Origin: an archaeon GW2011_AR5
Lineage (GTDB): Archaea; Aenigmatarchaeota; Aenigmatarchaeia; GW2011-AR5
Direction of reading: 5' to 3'
Assembly (NCBI GenBank): GCA_000806115.1
Contig: JWKQ01000002.1
Coordinates: 256,815-320,814 of the forward strand
DNA length: 64,000 nucleotides
How positions within the stretch are numbered: the stretch's first letter is position 1; every line of letters starts with the position of its first letter. Positions 56,434-64,000 of the stretch are shown one piece after another. The notes under the pieces are model-generated. The model searched no databases, was not told the origin of the DNA, and saw nothing but the letters and a program-made list of their open reading frames with translations. The position numbers and the translations under genes were made by a program.

Positions 56434-57753
56434 ATGGACTATTCTCCAGCCGTAAAAAGGTTGCTGTCGAAGGAAAAAGTCGGCATCGGCGACCGCGTTC
56501 ACATCGAGAAAGGCAAGAACTCTTTCGAAGGCATAGTGATGCCGAACACCGGGCAGCCCGATTTGCTTGTCGTCAAGTTGAGCAATGGTTACAATATAGG
56601 GCTCGAAACCGAGGACATAAAAATAAAGAAGCTCCCTGAGTTGAAGAAGCCCCTGCCGAAGAAATTCAGGCATGAATACGACAAGAGCAAAAAGACGATT
56701 CTAATTCTGCACACCGGCGGGACAGTGGCGTCGAAGATTGATTACGAGACAGGCGCAGTCTCCGCTTCCGTCGAGCCGGAAGATCTTCTTGCATCGATGC
56801 CTGAACTCGCGAAGATTGCAAATATACGGACAGAAATGGTTTTCCAGATGTATTCCGGCGACATGGAGCCTGAACACTGGATAGAGCTGGCAAAGAAAGT
56901 GGCGCAGGAGCATGAACGGTTCGACGGGATAATAATAACGCACGGCACCGACACAATACATTACACGACCGCCGCGCTCTCGTTCATGCTGCAGAATATT
57001 CCAAAGCCCGTAATATTTGTAGGCAGCCAGAGGAGCAGTGACCGCGGGAGCAGCGACGCGGCAATGAACATGATATGCGCGGCCCACTTCATAGTGGGGG
57101 GCAATTTCAAAGGCATCGCGCTCTGCATGCACGCAAACATGAACGACGACGACTGCTACATCCATTCTGGTCTACACGTGAGGAAGATGCACACCTCGCG
57201 GCGCGATTCGTTCAGGAGCATAGATGTCCTGCCCATAGCCAGGGTGTCAAAGACGGGAAACATCGAGGCGCTTTATGATTTTAGGACTAAAGGGGAATAC
57301 AAGTCCCTCCCAGTCTTTAACAAAAAAGTTGCGATAGTAAAGATACACCCCGGATTCAACTACAAGCTCCTGGAATTTTTCGAGAAAGCGGGTTACAAGG
57401 GCATTGTGCTCGAAGGTACTGGGCTCGGGCACGCGCCTGTGGACGTTCTCGACAAGTACACCAGGCACCATGCGCTTGTGCTTTCTGCAATAAAGCGGCT
57501 TGCAAAAAACAGCGTGGTTGCTATGACGTCCCAATGCCTGTACGGCAAAGTGAACATGAACGTCTACTCATACGGGCGCAAGCTGCTCGAAGCCGGGGTC
57601 GTGCCGGTGCAGATGACGCCGGAAACGGCATATGTTAAGCTCGGCTGGGTGCTGGGGCACACGAAGAACGCTGAGGCGGCGAAGAACCTGATGCAGATGA
57701 ATTTAATCGGCGAGCAGGTTGAGCGCATCGATCCCAGGGCATTTTTATTCTGA
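56434..57753 (+). CDS. gatD: Glutamyl-tRNA(Gln) amidotransferase subunit D
   Basis: KLSNGYNIG, TGGTVASKIDY.TG, HGTDT, GSQRSSDRGSSD, RKMHTSRRD.F. Confidence 0.96.
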   Translation: MDYSPAVKRLLSKEKVGIGDRVHIEKGKNSFEGIVMPNTGQPDLLVVKLSNGYNIGLETEDIKIKKLPELKKPLPKKFRHEYDKSKKTILILHTGGTVASKIDYETGAVSASVEPEDLLASMPELAKIANIRTEMVFQMYSGDMEPEHWIELAKKVAQEHERFDGIIITHGTDTIHYTTAALSFMLQNIPKPVIFVGSQRSSDRGSSDAAMNMICAAHFIVGGNFKGIALCMHANMNDDDCYIHSGLHVRKMHTSRRDSFRSIDVLPIARVSKTGNIEALYDFRTKGEYKSLPVFNKKVAIVKIHPGFNYKLLEFFEKAGYKGIVLEGTGLGHAPVDVLDKYTRHHALVLSAIKRLAKNSVVAMTSQCLYGKVNMNVYSYGRKLLEAGVVPVQMTPETAYVKLGWVLGHTKNAEAAKNLMQMNLIGEQVERIDPRAFLF

Positions 57754-57787
57754 TTTTTATGATAATCAAAAAATTCAGGTGATTCTT

Positions 57788-59623
57788 ATGTTCGATTACA
57801 AGAAACTCGGGCTGCGCGCGGGCTTGGAAATACACCAGCAGCTGAACAGCGGACACAAGCTTTTCTGCAGCTGTCCTATTACGAAAAGTAATGAATTTCC
57901 CGTAGAAATAAAGCGGAAACTTCGTGTCGTGCCCAGCGAACTCGGCGAGTATGACGTTGCCGCGGAGTACGAATATCTTCGCGACCGTTCGTTCCTTTAC
58001 CTGTCAAACCCCGAATCGAGCTGCTTGGTGGAACTGGACGAGCAGCCGCCGAAGCCGATGAATGAGAATGCGCTGAAAACCGTTGTGCAACTCGCCAAGC
58101 TTCTTCATTCGGACGTTGCCGGGGAGATTCATGTGATGAGAAAGACGGTCATTGACGGCTCTGCGGTGACGGGATTCCAGCGCACCGCCCTGATAGCTAC
58201 AGGCGGATATCTCGAGCTTTCCGGACAACAGCTTGCTATACAGACAATCAATCTTGAGGAGGACAGCGCGCCTGCAGTCAGCAGGGGCGACACAGTTGAG
58301 TATTGCACCGAACCGAATGTTCGTGCAAATTGTGCGGATGCAAAGCATTCAGCACAATATCGCCTGGACAGGCTTGGCACCCCGCTTGTTGAAATTGCAA
58401 CAGACTCGACTCTCGGCACGCCGCAGGAAGTGAAGGAAGCAGCGGAAAAAATCGGAACGCTGCTGCGCAGCCTTGACGTGGTGCGCGGGCTCGGCTCTAT
58501 CAGGCAGGACGTGAATGTCTCCATAGCCGAAGGCTGCCGTGTCGAGATAAAAGGTTTCCAGGCTCTCGCTGATATTGAAAAACTTGTCGATAATGAAATT
58601 GCACGGCAGCTGTCGCTTCTGGAAATCAGGGACGGGCTGAGGAACAGGAATTTCAAAAAAGCCGAAGTCTGCGAAGATGTCACGGAAATTTTTGCGAATT
58701 CAGAAGCCAATCTTGTGAAAAAAGTGCTGGCGGAAGGCGGGCGGATAGCGGCAGGAAAGCTCCCGGAATTTGCCGGGCTTATGAAACGCGAGTGCGGTGA
58801 CAGGACTTTTGGAAAGGAGCTCTCAGGATACGCGGCAGCTTTCGGTCTCGGCATAATACACAGCGACGAACTGGAGAAATTTCCTTTCCTGAAAAAAGAT
58901 TTTGACAGTCTGCGTGAAAGGCTTCATGCATCCGGGGAAGACATAGTTTTTATCGTCGCCGGGCACGGCGCGGAAAAAGCAGCTAATGCAGTGATTGAAC
59001 GGGCTAACCAGTGCGTTGTTGGAGTGCCAAAGGAAACCCGCGTTGCAGACGGGACAGGTTCGCGCTACGCCCGTCCGCTTCCCGGCTCGGGACGCCTGTA
59101 TCCTGAGTCTGATGTCCCTTCAATCAGTATGGAAAGATTCATGGATGTGGAGGTCCCGAAGACGCTCGACGAAAGGAGGGAGGAGCTGGATATCCCGGAA
59201 CAACTGGCGGAGCAGATAGTCAGGTCAAAATATTACGAATGGTTCACAAAATTAAAGGGGTACGATGCGGTTCTTGCGGCGACTATCTTTCTTTCAACAT
59301 ACAAGGACCTTGGCAGACGCGGCTATGACGTTTCAAAAATAAGTTTTGAAGACTTGGAAGGTATTATGAAGGCTGTTTTCGAAAGTGGACTGCCGAAAAG
59401 CTCTGTCACGTTAGTGCTCGAGGAAGTGTCCCAGGGTGCATCTTTGCAGGTAGCCCTTTCGAAATACAAGCCTGACTTCGACGTGGAATCGCTGGTGCGC
59501 GCCGTGGTTGCGGACAACCCCGGAAAAACCGAGTCGGCGCTTATCGGCATCGTGATGGCGCGCGCTAAAGGGAGGGCTGATGGAAAAAAGGTTTCTGAAC
59601 TGGTTCGAAAGTTCTCAAAATAG
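57788..59623 (+). CDS. gatE: Glutamyl-tRNA(Gln) amidotransferase subunit E (with ~19-aa in-frame insertion)
   Basis: GLEIHQQL...KLFC.CP, MRKTVIDGS...GFQRT, LEED, RLDRLG.PLVEIAT, RGLGSIRQDVNVSI, RPLPG..RLYPE.D. Confidence 0.96.
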   Translation: MFDYKKLGLRAGLEIHQQLNSGHKLFCSCPITKSNEFPVEIKRKLRVVPSELGEYDVAAEYEYLRDRSFLYLSNPESSCLVELDEQPPKPMNENALKTVVQLAKLLHSDVAGEIHVMRKTVIDGSAVTGFQRTALIATGGYLELSGQQLAIQTINLEEDSAPAVSRGDTVEYCTEPNVRANCADAKHSAQYRLDRLGTPLVEIATDSTLGTPQEVKEAAEKIGTLLRSLDVVRGLGSIRQDVNVSIAEGCRVEIKGFQALADIEKLVDNEIARQLSLLEIRDGLRNRNFKKAEVCEDVTEIFANSEANLVKKVLAEGGRIAAGKLPEFAGLMKRECGDRTFGKELSGYAAAFGLGIIHSDELEKFPFLKKDFDSLRERLHASGEDIVFIVAGHGAEKAANAVIERANQCVVGVPKETRVADGTGSRYARPLPGSGRLYPESDVPSISMERFMDVEVPKTLDERREELDIPEQLAEQIVRSKYYEWFTKLKGYDAVLAATIFLSTYKDLGRRGYDVSKISFEDLEGIMKAVFESGLPKSSVTLVLEEVSQGASLQVALSKYKPDFDVESLVRAVVADNPGKTESALIGIVMARAKGRADGKKVSELVRKFSK

Positions 59624-59654
59624 ATATTTATACGGGATAGCCACAAGTATAATC

Positions 59655-60038
59655 ATGGTGGATTTGCTGAATCTGGTCCCGTTCTCTGTTGCCGGGATTG
59701 TCGCGCTTCTTGTTAACACGGTCATCGCATTCATCGCGCTTGTGATTGCAGACAAGCTGATAGCGCATAACGTCGACGCAAAGCGCCTTTTCATTATGGC
59801 GCTTGTCGCGCTTTTCCTCACGCCCATCGTCGGTGCGCTGCTTCTGAGCAGCCTTAGCCTGCCTTCTGTAGTGTCGGGATATGTCTTCCCGTTCATTGTC
59901 TGGCTTGTGCTCGGCGAGCTGCTCATAAAGGAAGCTGACATGAAGACCAAGCTGAAAGTGGTGGTAGTCGCATTCGTCGTCTGGATAATACTGTCGATGT
60001 TCCTGGCGCCCGTTATCTTCCAGGCGCTGCCTTTGTAG
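59655..60038 (+). CDS. Four-TM membrane protein
   Basis: Hydrophobic throughout; start taken at MVDLL. Confidence 0.7.
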   Translation: MVDLLNLVPFSVAGIVALLVNTVIAFIALVIADKLIAHNVDAKRLFIMALVALFLTPIVGALLLSSLSLPSVVSGYVFPFIVWLVLGELLIKEADMKTKLKVVVVAFVVWIILSMFLAPVIFQALPL

Positions 60039-60059
60039 AACTAATTCTTTTTTCAGCAG

Positions 60060-60395
60060 TTAGCGCTGGACGGCTCTTGCAATAACGTAGCCTACAGGTG
60101 CGGATGCTATTGGCACTCCCCAGTTCCCGAGGATATCTACGGCACTGGAGATGATACTGGAGTCTATCGCGCCGTAATGCTGTGCCATGCATGCTAGTGC
60201 AACAGCACCGCCGGTGATCATGGCGGATGCTATGGAATTTGTGCGCTGCTCGATCTCCATTCCGGGACCCATGTCGTAGCCGACGAACCGCAGGTTTGTG
60301 TCCCTGTGATTGTAGTCGGGAAGCATTCCGCGGCTTGCCCGGTCCAAAAACCTGTCAGCCGCATGTTTGATAGTTAGAGTTGTCATTTTGTCCAC
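60060..60395 (-). CDS. Hypothetical membrane-associated protein
   Basis: C-terminal hydrophobic G/A-rich segments. Confidence 0.5.
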   Translation of the reverse strand: MDKMTTLTIKHAADRFLDRASRGMLPDYNHRDTNLRFVGYDMGPGMEIEQRTNSIASAMITGGAVALACMAQHYGAIDSSIISSAVDILGNWGVPIASAPVGYVIARAVQR

Positions 60396-60401
60396 CTGTA
60401 A

Positions 60402-60530
60402 TCATAACGTATATGCGAATCTTGTTAAAGTCGACACAGATAGGCTGTATTCCACTTCGCCTGCGCCTTTTGTCTTGTAGAACTTTGTCGAGTCGCAGTT
60501 CGGGTTCTCGCACATTTCTTTCTGGCACAT
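60402..60530 (-). CDS. Small Cys-containing protein (42 aa)
   Basis: Manual translation MCQKEMCENPNCDSTKFYKTKGAGEVEYSLSVSTLTRFAYTL, between two co-oriented ORFs. Confidence 0.35.
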   Translation of the reverse strand: MCQKEMCENPNCDSTKFYKTKGAGEVEYSLSVSTLTRFAYTL

Positions 60531-60535
60531 GATTA

Positions 60536-60736
60536 TCACTTGTTTCTTACCAACTTTATTGAACCTGCTTTTTGTTCGCATACATACTGGATGTCGCCGT
60601 CCACCAGATACGCCCTGAACAGCCTTCTTGTCGGACGTTCATAGGCTAGGGCACACCAGTCGCCATGGTCGTCAAGGAAAGAACCGTAATGTTCCATACA
60701 ACCCGGAAGGTCTCTCTCAGACGGTATGCCTTGCAT
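60536..60736 (-). CDS. Hypothetical small protein
   Basis: 66-aa ORF with AGGTG RBS and TATA upstream. Confidence 0.5.
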   Translation of the reverse strand: MQGIPSERDLPGCMEHYGSFLDDHGDWCALAYERPTRRLFRAYLVDGDIQYVCEQKAGSIKLVRNK

Positions 60737-60874
60737 GTAAGCACCTTTCTATTAGTTGTGTTTCCCAGTATATAAAGATTTTCACTACTTAAAAGTGGCA
60801 TTATTTTTTGGCAGTGTAATTCAAGCGGACAATGCGTTAAATTAAAAGATTTTTGACAAGTTAGGGATGATTAT

Positions 60875-61657
60875 ATGATTGGCATCTTCGGCGGTTCGGG
60901 GTTTTATTCTTTGCTGGATAACGCGGAAACGACAATTCGCGAAACGCCTTTCGGAGCGCCTTCTTCACCCATAACGCTCGGCACTATCGGCAGACAGGAA
61001 GTCGCCTTCATAGCCCGCCACGGCGTACATCATGAGTATCCTCCGCACAAGATCCCCTACAAGGCGAACCTTTACGCGTTCCGTGAACTGGGAGTGAGCC
61101 GCGTGATAGCGCCGGCTGCCGTCGGATCGCTCAAGAGAGAGATAGCTCCGGGTACGTTCGTTATCCCGGACCAGTTCGTTAACTTCGCAAGCCGCGACGA
61201 CACTTTCTTCAATGAAGTCCCGGTGACGCACGTCTCTTCAGCAGACCCTTATTGTCCTGAACTGAGGAAGCTGCTTGCCGGGATGGCAAATCTCCTGAAT
61301 CTGCCGGTACGTGACGGCGGAACTGTCGTCGTGATCAACGGACCAAGGTTCGCCAGCCGCGCCGAATCAACCTTTTACCAGTCTTTGGGAGACGTGATAA
61401 ACATGACGCAATATCCCGAAGTCATGCTGGCAAGGGAAATGGAGATGTGCTACGCGTCGGTGTGCCTGGTGACTGATTACGACGTCGGGATAAAGGATAA
61501 CGATTCTATAATGCCCGTCTCCGCGCAGGAAGTGGCCGAAGGCTTCAAGCAGAACAGCGAGAAGTTGAAAAGGCTCATACTGGATTGCATACCTAACGTG
61601 CCTGCTGCCAGGGTATGCAATTGCAAGAATTCGCTTGAGAACGCGAGGTTCAGCTAG
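60875..61657 (+). CDS. mtaP: 5'-methylthioadenosine phosphorylase
   Basis: IGIFGGSGFY, TPFG.PS, RHG..H..PPH, GPRF...AES, NMT..PE..LARE, VTDYD. Confidence 0.93.
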   Translation: MIGIFGGSGFYSLLDNAETTIRETPFGAPSSPITLGTIGRQEVAFIARHGVHHEYPPHKIPYKANLYAFRELGVSRVIAPAAVGSLKREIAPGTFVIPDQFVNFASRDDTFFNEVPVTHVSSADPYCPELRKLLAGMANLLNLPVRDGGTVVVINGPRFASRAESTFYQSLGDVINMTQYPEVMLAREMEMCYASVCLVTDYDVGIKDNDSIMPVSAQEVAEGFKQNSEKLKRLILDCIPNVPAARVCNCKNSLENARFS

Positions 61658-62258
61658 AATCCAGGCTTTTCCACAGAGTGCGGCATGCATAAGTGCGGTA
61701 GGGCGACCATTTCGCAGATATTCTCTCGATTTTTTCCTTGCTGGGGGATTTCAAGGAGTAGTTTTTGATTATTGCCTTTCTCAGACCCAGGTCGCCGTGC
61801 GAGAATATGTCTTCCCGTCCCATAGTGAACATAAGGAACATCTCGGCAGTCCATGGCCCGACGCCCTTCACCCTGGTCAGTGCCTCTATGGCTTCTGCAT
61901 TTTTCATTTTTGCCACTGTTTTAAGGTTCAAGTCGCCGTTCGATACTTTCTGCCCCAAGTCGATTATGTATCTTGCCTTCGCCCAGGATGTCCCGATCTC
62001 GCGTATTGATTTTTCCTTGAGTTTTGCAGCCCGTTCCGGAGTTATTTTTCCTCCCGGGAAGAGATTTTCAAACCGCGTGAATATGGATTTCGCGGCGCTG
62101 CCTGAAAGTTGCTGGCCTATTATGGCGTAGCAAAGCGAATAAAAGTATTGCGACGGCTTTTGCGGCTGCACCGGGATTATCCCGGTATTTTTTGCCATGG
62201 AAAACATGACGGGGTCCGTTTTCCTGAAATGCGCCAGCACCGCTTTTGTCTTGTCCAT
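61650..62258 (-). CDS. alkA: DNA-3-methyladenine glycosylase II (AlkA family)
   Basis: IIGQQLS..AA, HhH VKGVGPWTAEMFL, DLGLR, WSPYRT. Confidence 0.9.
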   Translation of the reverse strand: MDKTKAVLAHFRKTDPVMFSMAKNTGIIPVQPQKPSQYFYSLCYAIIGQQLSGSAAKSIFTRFENLFPGGKITPERAAKLKEKSIREIGTSWAKARYIIDLGQKVSNGDLNLKTVAKMKNAEAIEALTRVKGVGPWTAEMFLMFTMGREDIFSHGDLGLRKAIIKNYSLKSPSKEKIERISAKWSPYRTYACRTLWKSLDSS

Positions 62259-62263
62259 GATTA

Positions 62264-62944
62264 TCACTTGTCAACCAGGTCTATTTCCTTGATGTCGTAA
62301 GTACCATTGCGCTCTTTCTCGTTCCAGTGCTTTTCCGCGTGGACTACCTTTATTTTTTTCATGAACATCGGACAGTCGAGAACCAGGCTGTCAAGCTCCC
62401 CGCCTTCTCCGCCGATATGAATCCCGTGCCTGAGGTTCAGTTGCACCAGCTCTTCTATTGCTTTCTCGTCCAGCTTCCTGCCAAGCCATTTCTCATCAAG
62501 GGGCGGCGCGGCGACTGCGACGTAGATTATCTCAAAGCCGTCGGCGAGCGCGGCGTGCAAATATTCTTCCGGGTTCCTGTGCCAGAGCGGAGCTATGGAA
62601 AGCAAATCATGGCGCTTGCAGATTGAGTCAATCCTGACCTTCTGGTAGCTGCTTGCTAGCGCGCCGGTCACCACGCCGTCGATATCCCCTTTTATCGAGG
62701 CGATTGCATCTTCCAGGTCGTCCAGTTCCAGTTCCTTCTCGCCTTTGGTTTTTTTCTCAATGAGCGGGATTCCCATCAGGGACGCCTGCGTCTTCACGAG
62801 ATGAATGTTTGGAAAATGGAACATGTAGCTCGCCGGATTCTCGGAAACCATCGAGATAACGTAAGCAATCTCGTGCTCCTTGCTTGCAAGATACGCGGCG
62901 TATAGCGAGTCCTTTCCGCCCGAAACAAGTGCCGCCAGTCGCAT
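62264..62944 (-). CDS. Diphthine--ammonia ligase (Dph6)
   Basis: SGGKDS PP-loop, SYMFH, GAL.S.YQ..R, PLW, GEGGE.D.LV.D.P.F. Confidence 0.88.
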   Translation of the reverse strand: MRLAALVSGGKDSLYAAYLASKEHEIAYVISMVSENPASYMFHFPNIHLVKTQASLMGIPLIEKKTKGEKELELDDLEDAIASIKGDIDGVVTGALASSYQKVRIDSICKRHDLLSIAPLWHRNPEEYLHAALADGFEIIYVAVAAPPLDEKWLGRKLDEKAIEELVQLNLRHGIHIGGEGGELDSLVLDCPMFMKKIKVVHAEKHWNEKERNGTYDIKEIDLVDK

Positions 62945-62974
62945 GGAGAGAATTAGACAGTATAATTTAAAAGA

Positions 62975-63373
62975 TTAGATGCCCTGCACCGTAACGACGA
63001 TTTCACGCTCCCTGTCGCGGGTGTCAAATTCGAACAGCATGATGGATTGCCACTGTCCGAGAAGGAGTTTTCCGTTGGAAACCGGTATTGTAAGGTTCTG
63101 ATTGAGCAGGGTTGCGCGCAGATGGGAAGGAGCGTTCTCGGGGTGCTGGTAGAGATGGTCGTCAGGTATCAGAGAGGTAACGGTTTTTCTGAAGTCCTCT
63201 ATGAGCATCCTGTCGTTCTCGTTCAGCATGAGCGAAGCTGTCGTGCCGGTAAGAAATATGTTGCACAGCCCGTCTCTCGCCCTGCTTTTGTCCACTATGT
63301 CGCTTATCTGCCTTGTTATGTCGACGAACCCGTCTTTTTTTGTGGGAAGCTTGAGAATGTCACGGTACAGCAT
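62975..63373 (-). CDS. yjbQ: YjbQ/UPF0047 family protein
   Basis: DIT, TTASL..NEND, NAPSHLRA.L, LLGQWQSI...EFD. Confidence 0.9.
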   Translation of the reverse strand: MLYRDILKLPTKKDGFVDITRQISDIVDKSRARDGLCNIFLTGTTASLMLNENDRMLIEDFRKTVTSLIPDDHLYQHPENAPSHLRATLLNQNLTIPVSNGKLLLGQWQSIMLFEFDTRDREREIVVTVQGI

Positions 63374-63533
63374 GATTTATTATTCCCTGGGGGGCAATTA
63401 AAGTTTTCATGGCAAGGGCATCTCATGCGTGATGCGGAAAAATTTTCCTTCGTTATTGGTATTTAAGGATTTCCCAGTATACTTAAATACTACTATTTAA
63501 ATGGGAAATTTCTGGGAATTGGAGGTTGATTTC

Positions 63534-64000
63534 ATGGCCGAAAAAACTGGACAGATACAGAAAATCAAGATTGAAAACGTCGTCGCTTCTACGGACATAA
63601 AGAAAATAATTTCTCTTGACAAGCTGCTCAACGTGCTTGAGTCCAGCGAATACGAGCCGGAACAGTTCCCCGGACTCGTGTACCGTCTTGACAACCCGAA
63701 GGTTGCCACTCTCATATTTAGGAGCGGCAAGATAATCTGCGTGGGCGCGCGAAGCACGGCGGCGGCGAAAGAAGCGCTGAAAAAAACTGTCCGCAACATC
63801 AAGAAAATCGGCATACGGTTCAACGAGAATAATCTCAAGGTTAAGATAGAAAATATAGTGGTCGCGGTCAACCTCGGCAGGGACCTGAACCTTGACCAGC
63901 TTGCGTTCCAGCTTGAGAACAGCGAATACGAGCCGGAACAGTTCCCGGGACTTGTTTACCGAATCTATGATCCTAAGGTTGCATTCCTGCTTTTCAGCTC
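63534..64000 (+). CDS. tbp: TATA-box-binding protein (partial, runs off window end)
   Basis: IENVVAS...EYEPEQFPGLVYRL..PKVA.LIFRSGKIICVGA, and a second repeat; GGAGGT RBS. Confidence 0.96.
   Translation, partial: MAEKTGQIQKIKIENVVASTDIKKIISLDKLLNVLESSEYEPEQFPGLVYRLDNPKVATLIFRSGKIICVGARSTAAAKEALKKTVRNIKKIGIRFNENNLKVKIENIVVAVNLGRDLNLDQLAFQLENSEYEPEQFPGLVYRIYDPKVAFLLFS

Noticed and set aside
58304..58360. gatE insertion as an intein (starts with Cys)
   Set aside because: Only 19 aa, no intein blocks, and the downstream residue is not Cys/Ser/Thr
63640..63960. Direct repeat GAATACGAGCCGGAACAGTTCCC
   Set aside because: Normal internal duplication of TBP (EYEPEQFPGL twice)

Overview
Archaeal chromosomal window, most likely from a DPANN lineage (Aenigmarchaeota-like; inferred from gene content and short genes, not from a search). 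It holds five main blocks. (1) mscL fragment, tRNA-Val(GAC) with a D-arm intron, and tRNA-Thr(CGT). (2) A cell-envelope block at 3.5-17.4 kb: membrane-anchored wHTH, S-layer protein, HTH, a 2493-aa repetitive glycoprotein, a PGF-pre-PGF protein and a PT-linker membrane-anchored protein. (3) A glycosyltransferase-rich region at 18.4-30 kb with four processive GT2s, carS, pth2, a doubly intron-split tRNA-Arg(GCG) and EF-1beta. (4) A ~20 kb type IV pilus-like locus at 31.6-51.2 kb: ATPase, TadC/ArlJ-like platform, at least 13 pilin-like or single-TM proteins and paralogous membrane proteins. (5) A VapBC-type TA pair and housekeeping genes (gatD, gatE, mtaP, alkA, dph6, yjbQ, tbp). The most unusual signals are a dispersed modular family of palindromic multi-hairpin elements with recurring C-(G/A)AA-G triloops (in about nine intergenic regions and apparently in-frame inside gatE and a pilin leader), a possible tandem-pilin polyprotein, leaderless pilins, and a pilin-like protein with a membrane-active-looking internal segment. 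No CRISPR array, rRNA or transposase was seen. All family assignments are by eye.
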